Shown one piece after another: positions 38,907 to 52,264 of a stretch of 64,000 nt of DNA (position 1 is its first letter; every line of letters starts with the position of its first letter). This stretch comes from Zygnema circumcarinatum SAG 698-1b (Eukaryota > Plantae > Zygnematophyceae). The notes under the pieces are model-generated. The model had not been told where the DNA came from and did no database searches. It saw only the letters and a list, made by a program, of their open reading frames with translations. A program made the translations under genes and the position numbers. The stretch is taken from the NCBI GenBank assembly GCA_037447605.1, contig CM074804.1, forward strand, positions 7,665,909 to 7,729,908. Direction: 5' to 3'.

Positions 38907-40568
38907 ATGTTCGATGGTTGTCCTCGCTCACTCCCAATAAAGCCCGTGTGTCCCTCACCTGCATTGCCAGGAGGGCAGGCACAAGCCAACCTACATATGC
39001 AGAATTTTCAGTGACGTCAAATACACCAAATTTTTATTTTTTCACCAATGATGTTACTGACAGAAAACTATTGATTACTGCCACATAGAACCAAGCAATG
39101 GCTGATGGCTGCATATCACTAGAACTTTGGACAACCTCTTCTATATAGTCTTACCGAGTAAAAGTACCACTGTGTGGAGGCGCATTCAGGTCTTTAGAAA
39201 AAACCTAATTGTTCTCCAGTAACTTTACACTCATGATTCTAGCTTGGCATAATCTCCACTAAGATAAAACCGAGCTTCCACTGTATATTCAACGCCATGA
39301 TGTGATAGTCAGGAATCCAACACCTCGTTCCAAAATGGACTTCAAGCATTCCCGAGCAAGAGATCCATCTAAAAGAAGTTCTATTCTGATTGCAGTTGCA
39401 ACGAAAGAGGTAGCTCCAGAAACACGAGCTCCAAAATATCCGGATAAGACCAGGCTCGGGAACTCTAAAAAAGGTCAGCTAACTTCCTGCAGAAGAATAT
39501 ACCATCCTCGTACTGTTCATGCTGCATCCTACGACTCAAAGTCCTTAAACACTGCACAAGCGCCAGACCTAAACCTTACAAAGTTGCTGAAAACTCCGAT
39601 TGTTTGGGACTACAAAATAGTCAATATGTGATGACACCGAAGAGAGAAATCGTTCGTTTTACAGCAATCTAGGCGTCAAACCAAGTAACAAGACCAAACT
39701 TGCCAGCATTCTTGTAAGAAAACCCTAATCTTGCAGTGAGCGCCTTGAAACCGCTCCATCCTCCACCTCTTTCCCTCATTCCCTTTCTAGTCATCCAAGC
39801 AAGCAGAAATACCTGCTTACGTCTTGTCTCTCTCACGCCCCCTCCCCTCACCACCTTCCTTCCTTCCTTCCTTCCCCCCTTCCTCCGCCCCTCCTTTTAC
39901 AACTCCTCTCTCCCTCCCTCCCCCCTCTCGCCCAGCCCCTTCCAGGCGCCACGAGTTCCAGGGGCTCCAATCACGCTCCCTCCGCAAAGCCGCACGCACC
40001 AGCAAGGAAGTCGCAGCAGCCGCAGCAGCGGCAGGAGGGGAGTGGAGGGGAGAGGGAGAGGGAGAGGGAGAGGGAGAGCGAGAGAGGAGACAGAGAGGGA
40101 GAGGGAGGGCCTCCCTCGCCTGCAGCGGGGCTGCCAGAATAGCAGCTTTCGCTCTCCTTTCTCCTCTCCAGAGGAGACGGAGGGGGGGACGGGTCAACTC
40201 ATGTGCCCGTCCGTACAGGATCTTAACCGTCCGTACGCTCAAGGTCGCGTTGGCTCATCCGGGCCATGGTCCCTCGGTGGACTCGCAAGTGCGGCTGGCT
40301 GTGGCGACCGCGGGGCGTCCATCGGGTGTCAGGGATGGGGCGAGGGAAAGGAGATCTTGGGGTCGCCGGGTTCAATGGTGGAATCCTGCGGGCGCGGAGT
40401 GTGAGTGACTTGAGGGAGGGATCCACCCACCAATCCTCGAAGGGCGGAGCGCTTAGATCAATGTCATCCTTCTGAACCATCGAACACCCACGCAATCGTT
40501 GGGAGTCAAAAGCCAACCATTGGAAATGGGCAAGGGCTACCAACCTTTGGGAATGCCATGCTCATGCA

Positions 40569-41063
40569 ACGTGCCCAAGGCCCGACCTCAAGCCTGAAGG
40601 CGACCATTCATCCAAGAATAGAATGTGCATGGACAACAACAACAACATGGAGGACCGAGGGCAGCCGGTCACTATTGCCCTAGGCACGTTTGACAAGCCA
40701 TGAGCGCAACTTCGCTTCTAGGCCCGACAACATCACAGCTCTAAAAAAAAGCACTCGCGAAGGGCGCCGATGTGCGCCACGTGGCCCACAGGGACATCGG
40801 ACGGTTCCCGACAGCCGTGGCGCGTCCACGGAGCGCGGGGAGCCGTACGGTCGTAGCCGTACGGGAGCACCGCCGGTCTTGTTAACCGTACCACGTCATC
40901 ATTCTGTTTAGTGACGTCGTTGATTGACGTCTTTACCTTCAGCGTTAGGTCCTTAGGCGCTCCTTTAGGTCCTTTGCGACCAGTTCCTCGTGGTTCCCCG
41001 TGATAATGTTGGCCATGCACATTTGATGGCCTCATCGCCATGCGTGAGATCCATGCCACATCC
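40569..41063. mobile_element. Putative ~500-bp MITE-like relic bounded by inverted copies of a ~100-bp element
   Basis: Clear minus-strand copy at 40961-41063 and a degenerate plus-strand copy at about 40569-40675 (AATGTGCATGGACAACA..CATGGAGGACC..CCGGTCAC). No target-site duplication identified. Confidence 0.35.
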
Positions 41064-41384
41064 TTTGCCGGTATCGAGTTTACCGTAAAATTGAACAGGT
41101 TGAACAGATTGAAAATTTGAGAAACGTTTACTTAATTTCATCTTTTTCCCTTAATTTCTCAGTTCTCAAACTTATTGAATATTGTATTGAGAAAAAAAAA
41201 TTAGGATTCATTTCTCATTTCTCAAAATGAATCGTGTTCACAAATATGAGGGTTTTTTTTGGAGAAACTGGTTTTGAAAGGGTTTTTTTTTTTTTTGAGA
41301 AGCCAAAATCTTAATTTCTTTTTTCTCAACCTGTTCGGTTTTACGGTATCGACTGAAGAATTTTCCATCGGGATCCGAAAGATG

Positions 41385-41611
41385 CCGTACAAATTTGTAC
41401 CGTACGGCTTTTTTTGTCAAATTTGGTACCTTTGAAGAAATAATGTATTGGGTCTCTGCCCGCGTCCAGATACGCCGCTTATTCAAAAATAAAAAATAAA
41501 TAATTTCAGGCGTCCGAACAGTGAAACATAGTACGGGGAGGTACGGACGATACGGTACAGTACGGTACGAAGTTCTGTCACGGTACGGGTATGTTACGTC
41601 ACTACGGTACG
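41385..41611. promoter_or_regulatory. GTAC/GTACGG motif cluster upstream of the kinase
   Basis: 11 GTAC cores, 7 of them in 41531-41610. Confidence 0.5.
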
Positions 41612-41645
41612 AATATGCCATGCCGCCAAGACCGGAACCAGAGGA

Positions 41646-44600
41646 ATGTGTAGGGTTGGCTTTACTAGGATGATGTTGCGGGTGCATCCGGATGATGTAG
41701 CGCGCAGCGGTGATGCAGGGCCTGCACCGGGGCCTCCTTGCCTGATGAGCAGTTCGCTTTCCGGGACAGACGCCTGCTTAGGGTTGCAAGGGGGAGGGGA
41801 AGGAAGGGCGACTTGCAGGCCTCGAGCCATACGTGGAGGAAAGAGTCTACTGGGGAAAGGCTGCAGGCTCGCACATTTGGAAGGGGGGATGACGGGGGTC
41901 CGGTCTGGAGGCGGGACAGGGAGGAGGAGGAGCTCAGAGTCTTCAGAAACGGCTGGAGAGAAGGTGCAGATTTCGGTGGAGCTTCCAGAATCTAAGCGCC
42001 AAAAAGTACAGGAACAGCAAGAGAGTGAGAAGGTTTCATCTCCGAGGAGGTGTGGGAGTTCCCAGTCGGACGTGTCAGCTTCAGGTGTGCATTCCTGCAA
42101 AATGTTGGCTAATCCTAAGGGTATGTTAATGTCAGATGAGCAGTTGTCTTAACTGCTGCTTGCTTCCTCACACCGTTGCAGTGCATTGAGGCCTGCATAT
42201 GCAAAAGAGATGGTCACGTTACTGATGATGCTCGCCCGTCTTTGATGCGTCTCTCAGTTCGGGAAAATGCCACTGTTTTGTGAAGAATGGCGTTTTTTAG
42301 AAATCCTAATGTTCAGAAATATGCTTTTTTGCAGCGGAATCCCCTGGAGCTGAAGGGGAGGTGGCTGTTGCAACAAACCAGGATGCAGAAGAACCTTACG
42401 AAGATGGGGCTGTAGGCTGCTTTATCCTACCTTGTGTTACTGGAAATTTGACGGACGATTACATATTGAAGGACGAGGAGCTTGGCCGTGGTCAATTTGG
42501 TATCGTGAAGACATGCGTGCATAGGGCAACAGGAGCACTTCTTGCTTGCAAGACCATAAGCAAAGAGGCCCTGCAGGTCTGCGGTTGAACTCTTACATCG
42601 ACATGATTTGTCTATTGCAAGCAAGCACTGTTTGGCTTTTGCATCTGCTTTGGGAAGTCCACATTAGGTTTTTGGTTGGTATCCGGCATAGTTCTGTCTG
42701 ACGCTCCTTTGACTTGTACAGGCTATTTATGTTGGTATATTTCTCTAAACTGGAGAGGCATGCCAAGGTTCTTACGTCGTTAGCAGTATACATGGAGATG
42801 ATAACGTTTGATTTGTGATGTCTGTGTCGCTGATTTCAGAGTTTTTGCTCCTGCGGTGATGTATGCTCGATCTGTTTCGTTCGCAGAAGTCTAGGCTAAG
42901 CACGTAAATGAATGATTTTATGCTCAAGCGCTACTATAGTACATTTAGCCGCCTGCCCTCCTATTATAGAAACCTGCCTTTTCGCTGCCCTGGGTGGACT
43001 AACTCTCGTCATGACGATTCGCAGAAAACACAACAAGTCGAAGCTTTGAAGACAGAAATTGCGGTGATGGCATATCTTGCGGGACATCCGAACATTGTGG
43101 AGCATGTGGGAGTTTATGAAGACTTTTTGAGTGTCCATGTTGTGATGGAGCTTTGCCGCGGCGGAGACCTCTTTGACCTTATAAAACAAGCAAAGAGGCT
43201 CCGGGAGGTTGATGCAGCTTGGTTATTTAGGTGAGCACGTCACAATACTTCATCATGATCTGTCTTTCTGCCGTCGTTTTGCCACGTGCTGGCAATTGAA
43301 GGCACTGCAGAAGTTAACAGGGTTGTGAACTATGGAGATGAGGTCACGTTTAATTCACATCAACTTGCTTTGAATAGGAAACTTCAACTGCTTTTCTGAG
43401 CATCTTTTGTTTGGGAGCAGCCATTTACTCTGCTGGATCTGTGCTTCTTATTGCTGCAGAAAAATCGTTGGAGCAGTAAGCTATTGCCATGCACGGGGAC
43501 TTGTGCATCGGGACTTGAAGCCTGAAAACATTTTGGTCGGGATGGATGGTTCTGTGGAGCCAAAGTTAGCGGACTTTGGATTAGCCATGGTTGTGCCACC
43601 TGGGCACACGTTACAAGGCCTCGCTGGCAGCCCGTGAGTCTGAACTTCTTTAGGATGCATGTATTATTTCGTTTCATAAATTTCGTGTGTTTATGTCTGT
43701 GTTGTTTTTTCTCACGTTCATCGTTTGGTCTGGCACAAACATATCTCTGTGAGATTGTTAGGATGTGCACTGCAAACTGCTGGATATCCCGACGTTCGCT
43801 GAATTTCAGAGATGGCTGACTATTGTATTGTGTATTTGTAAAGCCTGAGGCTTGTGGGGTACTCTTGCTGTTTGATGGAATGGCTTGTTTGAGTTGCGTT
43901 TCCTTGGTACTAGGGTGGACACAGAATTAGCTGGTATTCTACTCTCCTTGCTTCTGGATCTGCTGGCCCTGGTACTGTGGTGGGACTTCCAAATTTTCTT
44001 AACATCTCTTTCAAAATAGTAGTCTGGCGCTCTCTGCTTGCAACCTATAGTGTCCGATTCGCCTCTTATGGTCTGCCGTGACATGCTGCAGGAGCTACAT
44101 GGCGCCAGAGATTATATGGGGGGAATTGTATGGCGCAGCTGCAGATATTTGGAGTTTGGGTGTTATTTTGTATTTTATGCTTTCAGGTATTTTTACTTAC
44201 CTGATTGATTATGGTTAAGTACAGTTGAGACCTTATAACCTTGACTTCTGCCAAATGCGGTCGAGTCTTTTGGAAGACCCGTGCTTTTGTTGTTGTGGAA
44301 TTGGTTTTCATTGTGAATATTGTCGTTGAGTTATGCACACATTCCTTTGTGTCAGTTAATGTTCTTTTTTGTTCGAGTATTGCAGGTTTTCTTCCTTTCT
44401 ATGGCCGAACTCCTATGCACACGTTTTCTTCAGTCTGTCGGGGAGAAGTGGACTTAACGTCTTCTCCTTGGACTTCGATATCTTCCGGAGCAAAGAATTT
44501 GATAAAGAGCATGTTAAACAAGGATCCCTCTCAACGACCAACAGCGGACCACGTTCTGGAGCATCCGTGGCTCCTCAGCTTTGGCCCCCCTGCACCTTCT

Positions 44601-45164
44601 CCCAGGATGAGGCAGCCCTTTCTAATCCCTTGCCTTCCCGGTCACGATATTCCAGTATCTGAACTGCCTTTGAGACCTCAACATCAGCCTCTTCTTCCAC
44701 CCACTTCCATTCCATGTGTGGCTCCTCCAGCCACCGCCAATTTTATAACTCCATGGTTTCCGCTCCCAATCCAAGGTGGTCCTGAGTTGTGGAGTAATCA
44801 ACTTCCTGGACCATCATCATCTGACTGTGCTGCCCAGCCTTTTTCCGAGGGGCCCAGCAGGGAAACGTGGGACCCAGCAGCTGAAGAATGTCCTAGTCCC
44901 TGCCCCAGCCCTAAGTCAACTGTAGCCCCTTTTCGAGTCCCATGTGAGAGCCCAGACATGAAGCCCCAGCATCCGAGGCCCTCCCTGAATCAGCCCTGTG
45001 CCAGCTCTGGTAGCCTGCCCGCTTCCTGTCCAAGGGTGCATGTACCATCTCGTCCCAAGCCCCTGAAGGTAGCCAGCTCGCCTACAGCTTCAAGCACTTC
45101 AGGAGTCACGTTCGTGTCACAAGAGCATTTGACATTTTCCCTCACGAGTGCTGTCATGAGTTGA
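41646..45164 (+). CDS. Ser/Thr kinase of the CDPK/PEPRK (CAMK) group lacking EF hands
   Basis: Exons ~41646-42084, 42335-42576, 43025-43230, 43460-43633, 44092-44186, 44386-45164. Motifs [69 protein letters not shown]. Pro/Ser-rich tail. Start codon uncertain. Confidence 0.9.
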
Positions 45165-46327
45165 GTTGACTTCTGTTGACTGGAGTTGCAAGCTGTCAAA
45201 AAGAAAAACGTTGCGTTAGTTTTTCCAGGCACAACGGATTTTTTTTGGTCCTATATATTTGGGCCTGCAAATACTTCTGTAGCCTGGAAGGATCGAGGGA
45301 GGGGGAGGAGGAGGAGAATACTGGGTCGCAGGAAAGGGTCGTCACTGTAAAGGCACATGGGACCGATGGTAAGGTGGATGGTGGGGGAGGGGACACCTTA
45401 CTTTTTCCCTTTCACAGAGGGATCGACACTTTTCCGGGCAGCCTGTCAGGTGCTGCCAGAAACGGCCAAAATCCTGACTTTTTTTTTGTACTGATCCGCC
45501 TCAGGCTCAGTGCATTTTCTGTACTCTTTTTCTTTTGTTTCTTCTTTGGTTTAAGTCCAGCCAGTGATCAGTCAGCCAGTCAGTCTTTTGGCCCTGGGGC
45601 CATGGGAGGCTCGCAAGGGGGCAGAGTCCAGCTGCGCTTGGAATGTATCCTCATATGTTTGGAAGGGGTTTAATGAAGATTGCAATAAACCGACAAGTGA
45701 GTTCAGGAGCCCGTGTTTTGTCACTCACCCTCCCTCTCTTTCTCCCCCCTTATGCGATGATTCCAATGGTGCCACATTGATTGTATGGGTAAGTTGTGTT
45801 GTGAGGGACGGCTTGTCAATCTTGTTGTGTGGACAATCACCACCACAAGATCCTGGTCCTGGTCCTGGTCCTGTTGGACCTTGCCACCAGCGTCGGTGGA
45901 ATGGTGGCTGTGAAGGTGGTTGGATTTATGCTGTTTTGGTATGAGCTTATGAATAGTGTTATGCTGGTGATGTACTCACACGAGGTATGATGTTATTGGC
46001 AATGATATCTCCAGTGATGATCATGATGTTATACTAATTGTGAAAAGCGCTCGTGTTCCTGAATGGTGCTGCTGCTGATGTCCATGATGAGGTTCATCAT
46101 AATCACAATGGTTTTATCCCCTCTTTTTTTTTTTTTTTTAAACTAACATGACTAGTGCAATCATGATTGCCAAATGTTTCAAGCTCAATGCCAAAGTTAA
46201 CGAGCCCTTCATCCATTACAGCAGGGCGTGTCAACCTTTCATAATTCCTCAGGAGGTAGTAATTCGAAACTAGTACATGCGTACGAGCCATTCATGATTC
46301 CTAAGTCGCATTCTTTTTGAAAGGGAA

Positions 46328-46410
46328 GATGTGGCATTGATCTCACGATGGCGATGCCATCAAATATGTACATGGACAACATCGATTTGGGGAACCACGA
46401 GGAACTCGTG
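46328..46410 (+). repeat. Dispersed ~100-bp hairpin element, copy
   Basis: GTGGCATTGATCTCACGATGGCGATGCCATCAAAT matches 62422-62456 at 34/35 nt. Also matches the reverse complement of 40961-41063. Confidence 0.85.
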
Positions 46411-46435
46411 GGAAAATCTCAATAAGGATTCCCGA

Positions 46436-46526
46436 GTACTGTACTGTAATGTCAAAGAGAGCGGTACGGTTTTGTACGGTGTACGAAACTATTACCGTAC
46501 AGTACGGTATCGTACTTTTTCGTACG
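46436..46526. promoter_or_regulatory. GTAC motif cluster upstream of the BSD gene
   Basis: 9 GTAC cores in ~90 bp. Confidence 0.5.
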
Positions 46527-46802
46527 AAAATACCATACGTTTCTATGTGAGGCAGTTCAACAAGCGCCATAATACTGTAACTTTCAGCATGGAACGGGCT
46601 TCAGGGGAGCATTCAGGAGGGGGGTCGACCTTCGGTGCGAGGGTTGCCCTAAAGGGCAATAGGCGAGAGGGGGCCAAGCTGGCATTGTAATTGGAGAGCC
46701 AGAACATTACATTATAGGTTTAAAAGTTATAATATCATAACCTGTATTGCAGTAAAGATCTAAAAATCGTTGGAGCAGAGGAGCTGCAAACTACTATCAG
46801 CG

Positions 46803-49800
46803 ATGAATTTCCTGCGAGCGGTGCTTTTCGAGGATGACGATGAGCCAACAGTGGAAGAGAGGAAGAAGGCGGTTTCTGAAAGAAGTGACGAAGAAATGAA
46901 GCCGCTGAAAGAGGTAAGCGCAGTGAGTTTGCGCTTTGGAAGAGCTACTGAACAGTTGTTGCTGCTGCAACCTAGCCCCTTGCAGCTTGCAATGCTGCCT
47001 TGAAGGTTGCATTGCAGGTCTGCTGCTGACACGTGGAAGCGTTTCGTTTCTTGCAAGTCAGGGCGTGGAGGAGGCAGGCGATGAGGATGAGGGAGAGAAG
47101 GATGTGAGAGAGGAGGACGCAGGGGAGAAGGATGTGGGCGACAAGGATGTGGGAGAGAAGGATGTGGGAGAGAAGGATGTGATAGAGAAAGACGTGGGAG
47201 GGAAGGATGTGAGAGAGATGGATGTGGGAGAGAGGGATGCGGGGAAGAAGGATGAGAGGGACACGGACCAAGGGAACGAGGATGTAGAGGAGAAGTATGC
47301 GGACGATGAGGATGCAGAGGAACCGGATGATGACCCTAAATATGACAGGTTAGCACTTGGACACCGTAATGGGAGCAGTAGAGAGGTTATGAAAGGATAT
47401 GGATTACTGAGAATCCTTCTGTTCTTATCAATTTTTTTAGTGAGAAGACAAGAGCAAGCGAGCCTATTTGGAGGTACCTCGGATTGCATCAGAATAGCTG
47501 TTAGAACTTCGCTCTAGTGGAAAGGGACCTTTGGAGCCAACTCCAGCGTCATCATTGCAGTTTCAAGATGTTTCTATTGAACGCAGTGGCGAGTGTTGAA
47601 GGGTGAATTTCAAGAATGAAATTGTCACGAGTGTTTCTGAATTTTTTAACCCTAATCTCTCTTGACGTCTTTCGTGATTTTTTCTCGACAGCTAGTTCTA
47701 ATACATTGGAACTCGATCCCTGCCTTGGCGATGGTGTTGATGGTGGGAACTGTTTGTTGTGTTGCAGTAGAAGCTCTGGCCTCGGCTTTACCAGCGGTAT
47801 TTGGGGATTTAGTGACCTCGTCAAGACGATCACACTGAAGGTTCACTCGCAGCACTGCCATGACCGGCCCGGCCCTACTCTCATCTTTCTGCCATTTCTG
47901 GGATGTATCTCTCTGCTACCAACGCTCAGATGCTTGAATAACCTCGTCCTCGTCTGACTACTAGTGAGAGCCTGCATAATGGCGGGTTATTTCTTATTTG
48001 TGGCCATTTCGTTGATTGTCGCTTCGTTTGTCCGGGCTTGTTTCATTTCTTCTCTTTCTCCTTTGGCAGTCGGAGGAACTTCTTAGCGAATACCGTGGGG
48101 AGCTACAAGAATTCAGTTCTGGATTAAAGAAGGAGACAGAAGAGTTTGTTGAAATCACTGGTCATAAAGTCAAGGATCTTCCATCAACTCTGCAATCTGG
48201 GGCACAAGTAGCGCAGGTGATTGCACAAGGAGTTTGAGCGTGTTTTAACGAAAAATGGGACAATTTTTTTTAAATGAAATGAAATGAATTGATTTTAACT
48301 CTTTCCTGTATGGAAATAGTTTATTTGTAGTACTTGGATGGCAATAAGCCAGCAATTTTCCACTTTGGATTAAGTAGCAGTTTCTTTACAGTGTCTCACT
48401 TTTTCTACAAGGAGGTTGGCATCATGTAGAACTCAATATCCTCTTTGAAGCTACGAATCAACTGCGATTTTGCAAATCCTTTTTGTGAAGTCTGTAGCAT
48501 ACTGTGAAATTGTGCGCACATCTGAACTGACCGTTATGTTTTCTTGCTACAGGAGTCACTGGAGGAAGTTGGACATACTCTGGAGGAATTTGGTTCATCC
48601 TTTTGGCGAGGGTGAACTTCTTTCCTTACCTCCTTTTTCTTTGGCTGGAAGCCCACCATCTTGAGTTTCGTCCACTTTTCAGCCCATGGCCTGATGAGCC
48701 CATATGTTGCAAACACTCTCGAAAATGACTTTCATAGATGGATCTTGTTGAGCAGCAGTCATAAAACTGTACATTTGGCGAAGATGTATGACTCAAAGAC
48801 GTATGGCTTATGACTTATCAGTGTGCTCAGTCTTCGTGTCTTGATTGTGATTTCTTCCTTTGACCTCTTTCAGGACGCGAGAGATATTTGCTCAGGTTCG
48901 AGAAGCAGTAGCTTTGGTTGAGGAGGAGGCAGCTTTAAATGCAAAGGCGAAGGTTCCTGCACCTGCATATTCTGCAGGCATCCAGCGAGGGTAAGCCTTT
49001 TTTCTTGTTTTTCATTTATTATTGTGAAAGACATTGAATATTTGTCCTGCCTTAGCATTCTTCTAAAGTGATGTGCCTGCTGATAGTCTATATGGTAATT
49101 TGGTCTGTTCAATGTTGAGGGTCTTGAGTAACCTTATCCAATTTCAGAGTCTCGTTCTTATCTGATTATATTCTGTAGGAATCGGTTTCTGGGTCTTGCA
49201 GGAAATATAGCAGATACGAGGCACTGGTAAGCACACAAGTGAAGCACTTTAAACTCAAGCAACGTTATCCACTTGAAGCTTGCAGGAGTATCACAGCTTT
49301 CATTATTAGAAGTGATTGTATATGCTATGTATGCAGAGGAGCAAACCACTCTTGAGAATCGCAGTGCCCATTGTATCACCATAGGAATGTTGATTCTGTC
49401 CTTATATGGTTTTGAAAGTTAAGCTTACTTTCTTTGGTTCAAGACTAGTCTGTTTAATGTACTGTGAGATCGCATCCACCTCATCTATGGTGCCTTGTCT
49501 TTGCAGGTCAGTGCAATGCAACGAGATAGCAGCACATACTGTGATGAGCCGGAGGACACTGAGGAGTATGCCTCTTGGAGGAACTCCTTCAAGCTTGAGG
49601 ACAAGTGAGCGTTGCGTTTTCGTTCTTGTGAAGTCTCTGTTTCCGCTCAGGCCATAGACTTTTGAGGCAATTGCGGGTCTTCTTTTCGTATTGGATTGTG
49701 CAGAAAGTGAAGGCTAGCCTGTACGGTTTCAGGGGATATTGTCCATAGAGGCACATAATGAATTCAGTTGAAGCATCGTATGCTGGCAAGAGCCTTGACA

Positions 49801-52264
49801 GTTTTTGTCTGCTGTGCAGAAAGCCTGACATAGACAACATCCTAAAGGATAACGCCTTCATGCAGGAGCTTCAATCTCGCATTGGTGAGATTACTGTATA
49901 CCATATTGACCATTTAAAGGTCACCTTTCTTGCCTTGAGCAGAGTGCTTAATGTTTCCTGTAGTTTTGTGTTTGTTGGGCTATAACGTTGGTTTTTTTTG
50001 GTTCATGGATTCACTCCTTCATGAAGTGAGAGCATTTTCTGAACCATCCTTTCCATATTTCTCGTGTTCTGAGCTGTCTGATAACACCTCGCTTTGACTG
50101 CTGTTTCAGTCCCTGTGATCGTGGAACACGAAACATTTTGGACGCGCTACTTCTATCGGTTGCATAAGCTGCAGCAGGTGGAGGATGCACGTGCAGGTCT
50201 TGTGAAAAGTAAGAAACTGCAAAATTCTCTACTTTTCTCCGTCGGATACGTAAGCTCTGACCTCGTTTTTCGCGGAACAATGGAATATGCGCTTGAGGAA
50301 AAGGGTCTCAACTTCATAACTTTCGGTTATCTTTGGCAGAATTTCTCCTATACAGGGCAACTACTTGATAGTGTTCATCTTGCTCTCTCTTCTCAGGGGC
50401 GGCCAATACGGAGGAGGAGGAACTGAGTTGGGACGTCGATGAAGATGGCGATACCCCATCGGGGAGCAATGCAACTACTCCCGGTGCTGCTTCGAATGAA
50501 TCAGCAAGCCATGCAGGTAGCGCACAGTTCACTTCTTTTGACTTGCTTCTTCATGGATTTGGCATTTTCAATAATGACCAATTGAATTAGCAATGGCGCT
50601 GTATCCTCCTTTTCCTTTTTGCTTTTAAAGTGGCTGCAAATTCCCGCCTCCTATACTCTGAGTGGACTATGGCAATCCATGAGATGATTGTTAGATGGAG
50701 AGAGTCAAGGTTATTATTGAATTAATTAAAAAAATTGTCAACGATTATAGTACAACTCACCTTGAATCAGTTGAAGTTATATTGAAGGCCACATTTCCTT
50801 CATTTGCCCTGGTTACACGTGCAGAAAAGTTACGTAAAGGGTAATTCTGATGCAAACTGTTTATAAACTTTCTTCTCCTTATCTTTGGCCTTTTTAATCT
50901 CTTGATCCTAGTCTCCTGTTCTGTGGGCATCCTCAGGTGAAAAGGAGGCCAAACGTGGGGCGACAGATTCAGTGGAGGACACCAATTTACAAGTGTCAAA
51001 CAAGGGAACGGATAAGAAAGAATCGGACGTTCCTCCTGAAACTTCTCAAGCTCAAATTCCAGCAGCTACGAAGTCATCTCACGCAGCCCCTGCAGGTGGG
51101 AAGTTTGGTCCCTCCTTTCCTCCCCACCCCCTGGGGTCTTAAGATTGGTATGTGTATGTGTGTGTGTGTGTGCACGCTGAGAGCAGCAGATCTGTGAGAC
51201 GTATTGAGAAAAGCACGCTTTTGAGCTTTGAGCTTTCTCTGTGTCAGTGTGAATAAGTGTGGCACACATTCCTTGCAGTCACGCAGGATGTCTGCCTAGT
51301 GTAAGCACTCTTTGCAAATGGGTTTTGCTGCTGTTGAATCCGAGTTGAGTTTCAAATCCGAGCGGCGAGGTTTGATTATTTGAGGGTTTTACTGATTGCC
51401 CAAGGAGGCCCTTCTGTCTGTCTTTGTACAGCAGAGAGCCACGAGGAGGAGGGAGAGGGGCAGAGCGATGGCAGCAGTGCAGGCAGTGAGTGGCAGGTTG
51501 TGAGCAAGGATGACAGCCCCTCTGCTGTAGCTGCCGAGAAGGTGAAGGCAGTCGGGGAAGCTGACAAGGGCAGGTGCGAAGGTCTCTCTGATCCTTAGTG
51601 CTTATCTGTAAGGATTTAGCGCCACTTCATCGGCTTTAAATGCCCTGTTTATGCCTAATTGTTGGACAAGCACTGATGGGGTGGAGTGTGATTTTAGGAG
51701 TGATGAGCAACTGTCTTACTTGAGCAAAAGTGACTGCTGAACCTCTGGTTGAACGTGCTCTGTTGCAGTGTGACTGAAGCAGCTCACAAGGAGAAGGCTG
51801 GAAACGCAGAAGAAGGTTCTGAAAAAGTTGAAGAAGAAGCTGCAAGTCCCACTGTGAAGAACAAGGACGGAAAAGGGCAGAAGGATACTGGTGGTGCTCC
51901 TGAGGAGGTGAGTCTCTAGGCAAGCCACTGCTGTCATTGCAATCTGTTCATTTTCCCTGGTTCAAACAACTCAGGATAACTCCTAAGCTTGAATGCACAG
52001 TGAAGCAATGCGGAGAGTAAGATGAGAGCAATTCTTGTATACTGCAAGGGACAGAAATTGTCCAATTTTAGTCGTCATAGAACTGGATTATTGGAGGTGG
52101 AGATCTGGCAATATTGCGCCGTGTGCAATAAGTAAATGCACAGAAACGAGAACGAAAATGACATGAGGAGTATCAGCCCCCCTCGTTATCAGAAAAACAA
52201 CTAATTACTGACCGTCAGACTCTTGTATTGCTTCTATCCTCAGGACTGGGGGGAGTGGGAGTGA
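46803..52264 (+). CDS. BSD domain-containing protein
   Basis: About 15 exons. MNFLRAVLF, WGFSDLVKT, YRGELQEFSSGLKKET, QESLEEVG, KYSRYEALVSAMQRDSSTYCDEPED, VPVIVEHETFWTRYFYRLHKL, EEELSWDVDE, C-terminal EEDWGEWE*. Confidence 0.92.
47092..47260 (+). repeat. Coding 15-bp minisatellite (EKDVG pentapeptide)
   Basis: About 10 degenerate GAGAAGGATGTGGGA units in exon 2 of the BSD gene. Confidence 0.85.

Noticed and set aside
39817-40242. Alternative coding first exon of LUG ending ERDKT
   Set aside because: No in-frame ATG. The canonical [11 protein letters not shown] exon is at 38906-38875, so this is more likely 5'UTR.
46011-46066. Possible C/D box snoRNA (GTGATGA...CTGA)
   Set aside because: Too short, no recognisable rRNA guide, and the region is rich in TGATG words by composition.
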